From contig CAWDEM010000008.1 of the NCBI GenBank assembly GCA_963801355.1, positions 1,280,001 through 1,344,000 on the forward strand: a stretch of DNA of 64,000 bases, given 5' to 3'. The translations under genes were made by a program, and so were the position numbers. Source of the stretch: Ignavibacteriota bacterium (GTDB lineage Bacteria > Bacteroidota > Ignavibacteria > UBA10030 > UBA6906). Below the pieces are notes generated by a model. The model did no database searches, was not told where the DNA came from, and saw only the letters and a list, made by a program, of their open reading frames with translations. Below are positions 1 through 10,417 of the stretch, piece by piece (the stretch's first letter is position 1; the number at the start of each line of letters is the position of its first letter).

Positions 1-943
1 GGGAGTTCAGGAGCGGTTCGCTCATGAACTTGATGATCAGGCCGCGCTCCTTCATATGCGCCTGGAGGCGTTCCTTATCGGCCAGGGGGAACTCCGCGAG
101 GACGAAGTTCGCGTCGGACTTGAACATGCGCCACCCGGGGATCCGCCCCACTTCGGCGTAGTAGGCCTCTTTGTCCTCGGACATCTTCCGGGCGATTTCG
201 TTGTAGTAATCGGGGGAATCCAGGGCCGCTATGGCGACTTCCTCAGACACCCTGTGGAAGCCGAGATAGCGGTTCATGTACTTCGCGAGCGTCGTGAGAT
301 TCTTACCGAGCAGACCGAATCCGATTCGCATACCGGCAAGTGCGTAGTACTTCGAAAATGTCCGGATCACGAGCAGATTCGGGTTTTCTTCGACCAGGCC
401 TTTCACATAGTCGGTCTTCCCGTGATACGTGTACGCCTCATCCATGACCACCACCGAGGCGCGAAAATCCTTGAGCACCGAACGCAGATCGGTAAGCGCG
501 AGCGAATTACCGGTCGGATTGTTGGGTGTGCTGATGAACACCACGGACGGCCTCTCGCGCACATAGACCTTTCGCATTCCTTGCAGATCGTATTCGAACC
601 GGTCCGCCAGGATGTTCATGGGATATTCCACACTTTCGCCGCCGACCTCCGATGCGATCAGTTTGTAGTACCACCAGGAGTAGGCGGGGACCATGAGTGT
701 CGCCTTGTTCTCCAAATAACACCGGATTGTCTGCTTGAGGATGTTTTCAGCGCCGTAGCCAAGGATGATGCGATCCTCGGGAATCCCGAAATCCCGGGCG
801 AGACGATCGGAAAGGAGGCTCTTGAACCCTTTGGTATACGCGCGGTCATACCAGCTCAGTTTCGTGAGGTCCGCCTTCCGGAGGGCTTCGAAGCACGCAG
901 GTGCGGGCCCGTAGTTGTTCTCATTGCGATCAAGGAAGATCAT
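1..943 (-). CDS. PLP-dependent class I/II aminotransferase, histidinol-phosphate aminotransferase-like (partial, runs off window start)
   Basis: Manual translation of minus strand from ATG at 943 (GGAG RBS upstream): MIFLDRNENNYGP...STPNNPTG...DEAY...RTFSKYYALAGMRIG...SDANF. Absent from the ORF track because it has no stop inside the window. Confidence 0.85.
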   Translation of the reverse strand, partial: MIFLDRNENNYGPAPACFEALRKADLTKLSWYDRAYTKGFKSLLSDRLARDFGIPEDRIILGYGAENILKQTIRCYLENKATLMVPAYSWWYYKLIASEVGGESVEYPMNILADRFEYDLQGMRKVYVRERPSVVFISTPNNPTGNSLALTDLRSVLKDFRASVVVMDEAYTYHGKTDYVKGLVEENPNLLVIRTFSKYYALAGMRIGFGLLGKNLTTLAKYMNRYLGFHRVSEEVAIAALDSPDYYNEIARKMSEDKEAYYAEVGRIPGWRMFKSDANFVLAEFPLADKERLQAHMKERGLIIKFMSEPLLNS

Positions 944-1050
944 TTGCCGCTCCAGGGTTTTCCAAGGTATAAGAATGGGCAACAGCGATAACCTATAAAT
1001 CTAAGGAAAATCGACAAACAATCCAACCGCCAAAACGGCATGCCGCTATA

Positions 1051-1089
1051 GAAACAAAGAGAGCCCCGCCAGACACCGGCGGGGCTCTC
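1051..1089 (-). terminator. Intrinsic terminator after the RND efflux operon
   Basis: 12-bp stem GAGAGCCCCGCC (1059-1070) / GGCGGGGCTCTC (1078-1089), followed on the minus strand by TTTGTTTC. Confidence 0.85.
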
Positions 1090-1156
1090 GAAAGCTTTCA
1101 TCGTACGGTCGCTTCAGGGAACGGAAATCTCAATTCCGGGCCCCGGGCCAACGGTT

Positions 1157-4100
1157 CTACCCACCCGCATTTTCCATTGCCGCGGCGCCGGTGATCCGAC
1201 TTGCCGGGGCGTGTTCCGTGCTTTCCTCTTCAAGATCTTCCTCTACCTTCACCGCACGCGTGAACCGTGCGAGCACTGTGTACAGCACCGGGACGAGCAC
1301 AAGCGTCAGGAATGTGGAGAAGAGCATGCCGCCCACGACCGCAAGCCCCAGCGGCCGCCGCGATTCCCCACCCGCACCCAGCGCCAGGGCGATGGGCAGC
1401 ACTCCGAACACAGTGGAAAAGGAAGTCATGAGGATCGGTCTCAATCTGATCGTTGCTGCCTCAACGACAGCCGTGTACACGTCCTTGCCCTGCGCCCGCA
1501 GTTGATTCGAGAACTCGACGATCAGAATCGAATTCTTGGTCACGAGGCCGACGAGCATGATCAGGCCGATTTGCGAATAGATATTCAGCGACTCTCCGAA
1601 CAGGAAGAGCGTCAACAGTGCGCCGAACACCGCGAGTGGAACCGCCAAGAGGATGGTGAGAGGATGCACGAAGCTTTCGAACTGCGCCGCCAGCACGAGG
1701 TAGATGAACACAACGGCGAGGAAGAACATGAAATACAGACTCGAGCTGGAGCTCTTGTATTCAAGTGACTGCCCCGCGTATTCCCTTTTCAGGGTCGGGG
1801 GAAGTTTCTCGGTGGTGATCCGGTCAAGGTCGTCGAGCGCTTGTCCGAGGCTCACGCCGGGCACAAGCTGGGCCGTCACTTTCGCGGCACGGACTCTGTT
1901 GTAATGGTTCAATTCCTTCGGTGCGAGCGTTTCATCCACGTGCACGACACTTGCGAGCTGAACAAGTCCACCGGTACCGCGGACATAGAGTTCCCGTATC
2001 GCCTCGGGAGTGGCGCGGGCTGCGGGCCTCATCTGCAGGATGACGTCGTATTGCTTCGTTCCCCTTTTGAAGTTCGTGACTGCCCGCCCGCCCAGGAACG
2101 TCTCCAGCGTCGATCCGATATCCGTCACCGACACCCCCAACCCGCCTGCGCGCTCGCGGTCTATCGAAAGATCCAGCTGCGGTTTGTTCAGTCGCAGGTC
2201 GGTGTCCATGTTGATCAGGTAGCCCAGTTTCGAGGCTTCTCCCATGAGCATCCCGACGGATTGGTTCAATTCTTCATAGTTGTCCGCCTGTAGCACGTAT
2301 TCCACCGGACTGGAGCTGACGCTTCCCGCCAGGCTGGGCGGGTTGATCACAAAGGCAAGAACGCCCGGAATCGCCAGGAGTTGTGGAAAGAGCTCCTGGA
2401 CGATCTGTTGTTGGGATTTGGTGCGTTCTTTCAGCGGTTTCAAAGCAATGAACATGAACCCATTCGTCACCCGACCCGGACCGCCGAAACCCAGCCCAAT
2501 CGCCGAGAAAAGTCCGCGGACCTCGGGCCTCGCCAGAATGAGTTTCTCCGCTTCGAGCTGGTACTTGTCCGTGTAGTCGAGCGTTGCACCTTCCGGGGCG
2601 ATGATGATGCCGAAGCCGACCCCTCTGTCCTCCACCGGCACAAGCTCGCTCGGGATGAGGCGGACGAGCACGACACTGGCGACGACCGCGAGAATTGCAG
2701 CGGCTACCATACTCACCCTATGGCGGAGTACAAAATGCAGGGTGCGTGTGTAGATGTCGTTCAACCAGTTGAAGAACGCATCAAATGACCGCGACGCCCA
2801 TCCCGCATTGACGCCGTGAAGCGGCCGTAAGATTCTGGATGAGAGCATCGGTGAGATTGTCAATGCGACAAAACCAGAAATAAGCACTGCCACCGCAAGG
2901 GTGATACCGAACTCATTAAACAGGCGCCCCACCGATCCGCTGAGGAACGCGAGTGGAACGAACACCGCAACGAGCGTGATCGTGGTGGCCACCACCGCAA
3001 ACCCGATCTCCTTGCTGCCGTCGAACGCCGCGCGCCGCCGGTCTTTACCCATCTCAATGTGGCGATAGATATTTTCCAGCACCACAATCGCGTCATCCAC
3101 GACAAGGCCGATGGCAAGGACGAGCGCGAGAAGTGTCAGGATGTTGACCGTGAACCCCGCAAAGTACACGACCGTCAATGCCCCGATGATCGAGATCGGA
3201 ATAGCGATTGTAGGAATCGCTGTTGCACGCATGCTCTTCAGGAACGCGAGGACGACAAGCACCACCAGACAGATGGCGATAATTAGCGATTGGATGACTT
3301 CGTCGATGGATTCGGTGATAAATGTCGAAGAGTCGTACGCGACATCCAGGATCATTCCGGCAGGGAGAAGGGCAGTGAGATCGTTCAGCGCCTTATGTAC
3401 TTCGTTCGCGACATCGACGGTACTCGCCTTGGATTGCTTCACAATCCCCAGGCCCACAGCTGTCTTCCCGTTGTACCGTGCGACCGTCCTTTCGTCTTCT
3501 GCACCCACGTTTACTTCGGCGACATCCCGCAGCCTGACGATATCGTCCTTGTTCTGTGAGACGATGATTGCGCCGAATTCCTCGGGTGTGTCCAGCTCTC
3601 CGCGGGTACGTACCGCGAACTCCCGCTCGGCCCCTTCCACACGCCCACCGGGAATCTCCGCATTTTCCCTGCGGAGTGCATTTTCGATATCCTGTGTCGT
3701 GAGCCCGTGTGCGGCCATGTGCAGCGGATCGAGCCAGATCCTCATCGCATACCGCCGCTCTCCGCCGAGAAATACGGAGCCGACACCTGGAAGTCGCTGG
3801 ATCCGCTCCTTCAACACCCTGTCGGCAACGTCGCTCAGCTCAAGTCCGTTGTGCGTTTCACTCGAGAGTGCCAGCCAGACAATCGGCTGGGCGTTGGCAT
3901 CGACTTTGGATATAACGGGATCGTCGATTTCGCGGGGAAGGCTGCTGCGCACCCTCGACACCCTGTCACGGACGTCATTCGCCGCCTCGTCCACATTTCT
4001 GGAGAGCTCGAACTCAATGGTGATGACGGAGCCCTGTTCCCGGCTGGACGAGGTCATCGTCTTCACGCCTTCCAGGGTAGCGAACTGCTCTTCCAATACG

Positions 4101-4294
4101 TTCGTAATTTCAGTTTCAATGACGCTCGGGCTGGCACCGCGATAGTACGAGACCACGGAAACAATGGGGGGGTCGATGTCCGGATACTCACGCACCGGCA
4201 AGCGCGTAAATGAGATGATGCCGAACAGAAGAATGGCAAAACTCATGACGCTGGCAAATACCGGACGCTTGATGGAAACCGTACTGAGTTTCAT
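1157..4294 (-). CDS. RND efflux permease, AcrB/MdtB-C multidrug type
   Basis: 1045 aa; IKRPVFA start, AIGLVVDDAIVVLENI, RLRPILMT motifs. Confidence 0.95.
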   Translation of the reverse strand: MKLSTVSIKRPVFASVMSFAILLFGIISFTRLPVREYPDIDPPIVSVVSYYRGASPSVIETEITNVLEEQFATLEGVKTMTSSSREQGSVITIEFELSRNVDEAANDVRDRVSRVRSSLPREIDDPVISKVDANAQPIVWLALSSETHNGLELSDVADRVLKERIQRLPGVGSVFLGGERRYAMRIWLDPLHMAAHGLTTQDIENALRRENAEIPGGRVEGAEREFAVRTRGELDTPEEFGAIIVSQNKDDIVRLRDVAEVNVGAEDERTVARYNGKTAVGLGIVKQSKASTVDVANEVHKALNDLTALLPAGMILDVAYDSSTFITESIDEVIQSLIIAICLVVLVVLAFLKSMRATAIPTIAIPISIIGALTVVYFAGFTVNILTLLALVLAIGLVVDDAIVVLENIYRHIEMGKDRRRAAFDGSKEIGFAVVATTITLVAVFVPLAFLSGSVGRLFNEFGITLAVAVLISGFVALTISPMLSSRILRPLHGVNAGWASRSFDAFFNWLNDIYTRTLHFVLRHRVSMVAAAILAVVASVVLVRLIPSELVPVEDRGVGFGIIIAPEGATLDYTDKYQLEAEKLILARPEVRGLFSAIGLGFGGPGRVTNGFMFIALKPLKERTKSQQQIVQELFPQLLAIPGVLAFVINPPSLAGSVSSSPVEYVLQADNYEELNQSVGMLMGEASKLGYLINMDTDLRLNKPQLDLSIDRERAGGLGVSVTDIGSTLETFLGGRAVTNFKRGTKQYDVILQMRPAARATPEAIRELYVRGTGGLVQLASVVHVDETLAPKELNHYNRVRAAKVTAQLVPGVSLGQALDDLDRITTEKLPPTLKREYAGQSLEYKSSSSSLYFMFFLAVVFIYLVLAAQFESFVHPLTILLAVPLAVFGALLTLFLFGESLNIYSQIGLIMLVGLVTKNSILIVEFSNQLRAQGKDVYTAVVEAATIRLRPILMTSFSTVFGVLPIALALGAGGESRRPLGLAVVGGMLFSTFLTLVLVPVLYTVLARFTRAVKVEEDLEEESTEHAPASRITGAAAMENAGG

Positions 4295-4299
4295 GACCG

Positions 4300-5466
4300 C
4301 TATCCTCCGCCCGATGGGTTATTTGCGTCGGGCTTGCGTTCGTTCAACATCGGGAAGACCTTCCCGCCGTCAAACAATTTCTGATGTCCCGCCCTGACGA
4401 CCATCATCCCCGGTTTGAGCCCTTCGAGCACTTCCACGACCTGCGGCGACCGGGTGCCAAGCACGACGACTACGCGCGCGACCGTGCTGTCCGGGTTGAC
4501 GACAAACACCTGTGACTGATTCCCGCTCCCGAACACCGCCTCCTGCGGAATGGTCAGCGCATTCGGGCGCTCCCCGAGAACGGCCGTCACGTTAGCCGAC
4601 ATCCCCGGCCTGAATCGCCGTCCGGCGTTTTGCACCTGTGCAACAACCCGGGCACTGCGCGTCGTGGGATCGATCATCGGCTCGACCACGGCTATTTTGC
4701 CCTTGAGACTCATCGCCGGGAAGGCCGGGCTGGAGACACTCACCGTAGCTCCCGGCGTGAGGCGTGAGAGAAACCGTTCGGGAGCGGAGAAGTTTACTCT
4801 GATTTCGTTGATGTTGGCCAGCTCCGCGATCGCCTGGCCGGACCGCAGGAACGTACCGACACTCACCTTGCGCGCGCCAATAATTCCCTCGAACGGCGCA
4901 ACGACCCTGGTCTTCGCGAGTCGTGCCCGGGCCAGATCAAGATTTGCTTCGGCAACCTTCAACGCAGCACGCGCATCATCCAGATCCTGCGGTGCGCCTG
5001 CGCCCTGATCCACAATTTGTTTTACACGATCGTACGAGGACTTGCTCTGGGCCCGGAGCGCCTGCGCGCGGGCAAGCTCGGCAGCGAGCTGGGCATCGTC
5101 CAGCTGTGCGATCAGTCCATTCCGGCCAATGGTGCTTCCTTCCTTGAACGGAAGGCTCTTGACCGCAGCGTCGATCTCACCCACAACGGTAATTGCCTCG
5201 ATCGCCTCGATCGTTCCGACGGCCTCGAACTTGTCCTGCACCATCTGCACGACGACCTTGCTCACTTCCACCGGCATCGGCGGCATCGCGAAGCCGCCTT
5301 TTGCTTTTCCACCGCATCCCGGCAGGATGACCATGGCTGTTCCCAGGGAGATAACGAGCACAACGCCCGCGAGGAGCTTGATTTGACGATTTACCGGAGA
5401 GAATACACCGCGGGGCATTCCTGGCGTCTCCGGCCTCGTGCCGAATGCGAGATTGGTGATAGACAT
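4300..5466 (-). CDS. RND periplasmic adaptor (membrane fusion protein)
   Basis: APFEGIIG, IDPTTRS, RPGMSA motifs; start moved to ATG 5466, which has a GGGAGG RBS. Confidence 0.92.
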   Translation of the reverse strand: MSITNLAFGTRPETPGMPRGVFSPVNRQIKLLAGVVLVISLGTAMVILPGCGGKAKGGFAMPPMPVEVSKVVVQMVQDKFEAVGTIEAIEAITVVGEIDAAVKSLPFKEGSTIGRNGLIAQLDDAQLAAELARAQALRAQSKSSYDRVKQIVDQGAGAPQDLDDARAALKVAEANLDLARARLAKTRVVAPFEGIIGARKVSVGTFLRSGQAIAELANINEIRVNFSAPERFLSRLTPGATVSVSSPAFPAMSLKGKIAVVEPMIDPTTRSARVVAQVQNAGRRFRPGMSANVTAVLGERPNALTIPQEAVFGSGNQSQVFVVNPDSTVARVVVVLGTRSPQVVEVLEGLKPGMMVVRAGHQKLFDGGKVFPMLNERKPDANNPSGGG

Positions 5467-5482
5467 GAGTGCCTCCCGATGA

Positions 5483-7057
5483 TCATTGCATTGAAAGTGA
5501 TGAAGCATATGCGCCGGAAGTCAGCTGGCGCAACGAGGCAGCCGCTTTCGCGCTCCGCACCAGTGCCTGCGAATACCGCTGCTGCGCAACCGCAAAGTCG
5601 GTACCAAGGCGCACGAGCTCGAAGGCTGTCGTGCGCCCGTTTTGAAATTCGATCTGACCGATGCGCACCTGCTCCTGCGCCGCGGCGACTCCTTCCCGTG
5701 CAGCGTCCCGTCGCCGCTGCCCGTGCGAAAGTTCCCTGCAGTCCGCACGGACCTCCGCCTCCAGAATCCGTTTCAGCTGCTCATAGCGCTGTTCGGCCAT
5801 CACGACCTCGGCGTCCAATCGATCCTCCTCGCCCAGACCGGTCCGGAAGCCGATGGGAACGTTCAGCTCCAGGCCAACGCTCCAGGATGGGAAGTCACGT
5901 TTCACCGCCTGGCGCACCGCATCGCTGAAACCGCCGCCGACAATTGTGCGCAGCGTATCGTTGCCAAAGATCACATCGTGGGCTGTCCCGGAGAGTCCGT
6001 TTCCACCGAGTGACGCGACAAAATCAAGGCGAGGGAGGGCTTCCCATGACGATGCTCTGGCAAGTGTTCGCCGCGCATCGATGTCAGCTCTGGCGGCGCG
6101 CAATTCAAGATTCCGGTCGAACGCCGCCTGCACCAGCGAATCAGCCTCCCCCGCAGGGAATTCGTCCCGGGGCTGATCCACAGTTTTGAACCGCATCTGC
6201 CTGTCGCCGGGTCGCATTCCAAGCGTCACTGCCATCTGGTCTGACAATCCGTCGAGCTGTTCTTCCCGGTCGAGCAACAGAATCTCCTGCTCGGCAAGGA
6301 ACGTGCGGGCATTGGCCACCTGATTCGGCCCGATGAGACCGACCTTTGCGCGCATCTCGGTTTCTTTCAGGAATGCAGCGGCACGGTCGCGGGTCAGCTT
6401 CTGTACCGCATAGTCGCGTTCACCTGCGTAGAGATCCCAGTAGAGCTGTTCCACCTGTGTGCTGAGAGAGAGGGTTGCCTGATTGAACTGTGCTTCCGCG
6501 CCATCAGCTGCCTGTTCGGCGCTGGTCAGTTGTTTTCGTGCGGAAATTGTGAATCCCCTCAGCAACGATTGGCGCAACGTCAGTCCGCCGACGGTGGTGT
6601 ACTGAGGGGAAAGAAATGCAAAGGTTGAGTTCGTGTTGAGGCGGATTGCGTTGAGCGTGGCTCCGATACTCGTTCCTGTCGGGGCGTTCCAGAAAAGGCC
6701 GGCCTGCCCGTCTGCCTGGACAGTACGCAACACCGATGCGCCTGCGAAGAACGACGCCGTCGGCTGCTCCTGATCCACATAATGCCAGTTCAGCGACAAC
6801 TCCGGATCGAAGCTACCTCCTTCGCGTCGCTCGGCGCCGCGTGCGGCCGCGAGTGTGGCCTCTGCTGTACGGACTGACGGGGAGTTCTGCATGGATTGCT
6901 GAATGGCCCCGGGGAGCGAAAGGGGTGCTCCTGGTAGCTGCTTGAGGATGTCGAGCAGTGCACTATCAGGGTTGGACGGTTGGATTTGGGCGGAGCCGCC
7001 GGCAACACTACCGAATAGCAGTATGAGCAGGGCAAACATGGTTCGAATACGCGACAT
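5483..7057 (-). CDS. TolC-family outer membrane efflux protein
   Basis: Signal peptide, OEP-like helical repeats, first gene of an OMF-MFP-RND operon. Confidence 0.9.
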   Translation of the reverse strand: MSRIRTMFALLILLFGSVAGGSAQIQPSNPDSALLDILKQLPGAPLSLPGAIQQSMQNSPSVRTAEATLAAARGAERREGGSFDPELSLNWHYVDQEQPTASFFAGASVLRTVQADGQAGLFWNAPTGTSIGATLNAIRLNTNSTFAFLSPQYTTVGGLTLRQSLLRGFTISARKQLTSAEQAADGAEAQFNQATLSLSTQVEQLYWDLYAGERDYAVQKLTRDRAAAFLKETEMRAKVGLIGPNQVANARTFLAEQEILLLDREEQLDGLSDQMAVTLGMRPGDRQMRFKTVDQPRDEFPAGEADSLVQAAFDRNLELRAARADIDARRTLARASSWEALPRLDFVASLGGNGLSGTAHDVIFGNDTLRTIVGGGFSDAVRQAVKRDFPSWSVGLELNVPIGFRTGLGEEDRLDAEVVMAEQRYEQLKRILEAEVRADCRELSHGQRRRDAAREGVAAAQEQVRIGQIEFQNGRTTAFELVRLGTDFAVAQQRYSQALVRSAKAAASLRQLTSGAYASSLSMQ

Positions 7058-7113
7058 ACGTCCCTATTGCTTTTGCTGGTACATAGTGGCCTGGGTCGAG
7101 AGCAACTGCAGTC

Positions 7114-7161
7114 TTTGCTGAAAATCAGGTGCTCCGCGCGCCGTGTTTGCTGAAAATCAGG
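7114..7161. promoter_or_regulatory. Duplicated palindromic operator-like site upstream of the efflux operon
   Basis: TTTGCTGAAAATCAGG at 7114-7129 and 7146-7161, each containing the palindrome CTGA-N3-TCAG. Confidence 0.5.
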
Positions 7162-7307
7162 CCAATTCAAAGAACTTTAAAGAAAGATCAGGCGCCGGAG
7201 CACAGCGGCGCCTGTGTAAGTTAACAATCTCTCTTTCTCAATCGTTCCTACGAACGCTCGCTGTGGCAGAAGGAAAATCTGTCCCATGTGCCATGAACAA
7301 GGTGACA

Positions 7308-10300
7308 CTAGTCTACTATAGGTTCAGCGTCTCGCCCTTCGAACCACCGGTACAGCGTGGGGAGGACCACGAGCGTGAGAAGGGTCGACGTAATGAGCCC
7401 GCCCACAACGACGGTTGCCAGGGGTCGCTGGACTTCCGAGCCGGGTCCGGTTGCGTACAACATCGGAATAAGGCTGACAATGGCAATGGAGGCAGTCATG
7501 AGCACTGACCGCAATCGATCCCGGCTCCCGCGAACCACGGCAACGTCCACCGGGACACCCTCCTGGCAGAGCTGCGAGATGTGGGAGACGAGCACCACGC
7601 CATTGAGCACCGCCACACCAAACAGGACGATGAAACCCACCGAGGCGGGAACGGAGAGATAGAGTCCGGAGATATAGAGCGCAAACACGCCCCCTATAAG
7701 GGCAAAGGGAAGATTGGTAATGACCAGCAGGGCCAGACGCAGTGATCTGAACGTCACGAATAAGAGAAGAAGAATCAATCCAATGGCAGCAGGTCCGATG
7801 ATCATCAGCTTGTTCATCGCCCGTTGCTGATTTTCAAATTGTCCGCCCCAGGTCGTATAGTAGCCCGGAGGCAGTGCAACTTTCCTCCGGATGACATCCT
7901 TTGCTTCTGCGACGTAGCTGCCGATGTCGCGGTCCGAAACGTTGATCTCAATGCCGATGAGACGATGGCCGTTTTCACGGCTCAGCTGCACGGGTCCTTC
8001 AACGACCGTTATGTCCGCCAATTGATTTAAAGGAACACTGTACCCGAGACTCGTAGCAATGAGCGTCTTGCTGATCGTTTCCACCGAGTTCCGGTATTCG
8101 ACCGGATAGCGCACCGTCACGTCGAAGGATCTGTTATCTTCATAGAGTTGAGTGGCCGCTTTGCCGCCGACTGCGATCCCGATGACGTTCTGGACATCAC
8201 GTATATTCAATCCGTGCCTGGCGATCTTTTTCCTGTCGATCTCGATCGAGAGGTATGGCTGGCCCGCAATGCGCTCTACGACCAGATCAGCTGTCCCGTC
8301 GATTTGACTGACCACCTGTCCTATCTCGCCAGCTTTCGCCTTCAGGACTTCCATATTATCTCCAAAGAGCTTGATAATGAGCTGCGCCCGCGTGCCTGCG
8401 ACGAGCTCATCAATGCGGCACTGGATGGGCTGACTGAAGCTGAATGCGATCCCGGGAATATCTGAAAGAACGCTGCGCATATTGTCGGTCATTTCGTCCC
8501 GGTCCCGTGCAGTCACCCATTCTGACCGTGGGCGAAAGATGCCAGTGAAGCCTGTCTTGTCAATTCCTCTCGCTTCGAGCGCAATCCCTGTCTGGCCGGT
8601 GCGCGACACCACCGTTACGAGTTCGGGAAATTTGCTGAGCCTCCGCTCTATAAGGTTGTTGATTTCCAGAGCCTTGTCCAGGGAGACGCCAGGGAGCAGC
8701 TGGACATCCATATCGAAGGCGCCTTCGTCCATGATTGGCATGAATTCCGTTCCGAGGGAGGGAAAGAGCGCTAGGGCGCCGGCCAGCAGGAGCATCGCCA
8801 AAGAAATGACGACTACCCGTCTGCGCATTGCCCAGGCGAGAACGGGGGCGTATGCCTTTCTGGCCCAACGCATGACGATGCTTTCCTTCTCGGCACCCGG
8901 TTTGAGCATTATTCCGCATAACACGGGGATGACAAAAATGGAAAGCACAAGGGACGAGAGCAAAGCGATGGCCACAGTCAGCGCCAGGGGACCGAACATC
9001 TTGCCTTCCAAACCTCCAAGCGAAAGAATCGGCAAGAACGTCGTGGCAATGATAATTTCACCGAAGATGCTCGGCTTCCGGACCTCCAGGACCGCCTTTA
9101 GCACGGTGGAGAGCTTGCGGCCAGTCGTGCCGGCCTCGCCGAGGTGTCGCTGGACATTTTCTACCTGAATGATTGTCGCATCGATAATCATCCCTATGGA
9201 GATTGCGAGCCCGCCGAGTGACATGAGATTTGCCGCCAGCCCAACGCTTTTCATCACGGCAAAAGTGAGCAGCAGTGATAACGGCAAGGCAAGAATCACG
9301 ACCAGGGCCCCCCGGAGACTCCTGAGCATCAGGTAGAGAATGATGACTACAAATATCGACCCTTCGATCAACGCTTTGGTAACTGTTCCGACACTGGTAC
9401 TGACGATTTCCGAGCGATCGTAGTAAGGCACGATCTTGATGCCAGGCGGCAAGATGTTGTTTTCGTTGATCTCCCTCACCTTATTCTTTATCCGTTCCAC
9501 GACTACACGGCCATTCTCTCCGCGCAGCATCATCACGATGCCCCCCACGACTTCCTTCTCCCCGTTCATGAGGGCTGCACCCTGACGGACGGCCTGCCCG
9601 ACCCGGACAGCGGCTACATCATGAAGATACACGGTCGTGCCCCCCGTGGACCGGAGCACGATGCTGCGGAGATCGTCCTCGGACGTCAATAGCCCGACTC
9701 CGCGCACGATGTATTGCTCCGCATAGCGCTCGAGAACGCTGCCGGCCGCATTCTGGTTGCTCTCCTCGACCGCCCGGTAGACTGCATCAAGCGTCACATT
9801 GTGGGATACCAGTTCCTTGGGATCGACGAGAACCTGATATTCCTTGAGGTAGCCGCCGAACGAGTTGATCTCGTTGACGCCCGGAACGCTTTTTAGCAAT
9901 GGGGCAACGACCCATTCCTGCAACGTCCGCAGATCAGATAGGTACCCGGTCTCCTCCCCCGCGTCGCCGGGCGCACCACCTTCAAGTGTGTATTGATAGA
10001 TTTCCCCCAGGGGGGTTGCAAGGGGCCCCATGCTGATCTCAACTCCCGGCGGGACACCCGATCTGGTTTCTTCCAGTCGCTCAAACACGAGCTGGCGCGC
10101 GAAGTAGATATCGACACCATCCTCAAACACGATCGTCACCACAGAGAGTCCGAACTTCGTGATCGATCGCATCTGCACCACGTCCGGAAGTCCACGCATC
10201 GACATTTCAATGGGGAATGTCACATGGCGTTCGATTTCAGGAGCTGAAAGTCCGGGGGCGTTGCTCAGGATCTCGACCTGCACATTGGACACATCTGGAA

Positions 10301-10415
10301 ACGCATCAATCGGTATTGTCATGAACGAGTAGACACCGAATGCTGCCATGATGCCAACACAGAGCAAGACAACGCTTTTGTGCCTCAGTGTCAGCCCAAT
10401 GATTCGTTCAAGCAT
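7308..10415 (-). CDS. CzcA/CusA-family heavy-metal RND permease
   Basis: 1035 aa; PIDAFPDVSNVQV, LGEIYQYTL, NLMSLGGLAI, GTEFMP, GSEVQRPLATVVVGG motifs. Confidence 0.93.
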   Translation of the reverse strand: MLERIIGLTLRHKSVVLLCVGIMAAFGVYSFMTIPIDAFPDVSNVQVEILSNAPGLSAPEIERHVTFPIEMSMRGLPDVVQMRSITKFGLSVVTIVFEDGVDIYFARQLVFERLEETRSGVPPGVEISMGPLATPLGEIYQYTLEGGAPGDAGEETGYLSDLRTLQEWVVAPLLKSVPGVNEINSFGGYLKEYQVLVDPKELVSHNVTLDAVYRAVEESNQNAAGSVLERYAEQYIVRGVGLLTSEDDLRSIVLRSTGGTTVYLHDVAAVRVGQAVRQGAALMNGEKEVVGGIVMMLRGENGRVVVERIKNKVREINENNILPPGIKIVPYYDRSEIVSTSVGTVTKALIEGSIFVVIILYLMLRSLRGALVVILALPLSLLLTFAVMKSVGLAANLMSLGGLAISIGMIIDATIIQVENVQRHLGEAGTTGRKLSTVLKAVLEVRKPSIFGEIIIATTFLPILSLGGLEGKMFGPLALTVAIALLSSLVLSIFVIPVLCGIMLKPGAEKESIVMRWARKAYAPVLAWAMRRRVVVISLAMLLLAGALALFPSLGTEFMPIMDEGAFDMDVQLLPGVSLDKALEINNLIERRLSKFPELVTVVSRTGQTGIALEARGIDKTGFTGIFRPRSEWVTARDRDEMTDNMRSVLSDIPGIAFSFSQPIQCRIDELVAGTRAQLIIKLFGDNMEVLKAKAGEIGQVVSQIDGTADLVVERIAGQPYLSIEIDRKKIARHGLNIRDVQNVIGIAVGGKAATQLYEDNRSFDVTVRYPVEYRNSVETISKTLIATSLGYSVPLNQLADITVVEGPVQLSRENGHRLIGIEINVSDRDIGSYVAEAKDVIRRKVALPPGYYTTWGGQFENQQRAMNKLMIIGPAAIGLILLLLFVTFRSLRLALLVITNLPFALIGGVFALYISGLYLSVPASVGFIVLFGVAVLNGVVLVSHISQLCQEGVPVDVAVVRGSRDRLRSVLMTASIAIVSLIPMLYATGPGSEVQRPLATVVVGGLITSTLLTLVVLPTLYRWFEGRDAEPIVD

Positions 10416-10417
10416 GA

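Noticed and set aside
56-991. 311-aa plus-strand ORF
   Set aside because: Antisense shadow of the aminotransferase on the minus strand, which has recognisable motifs and an RBS.
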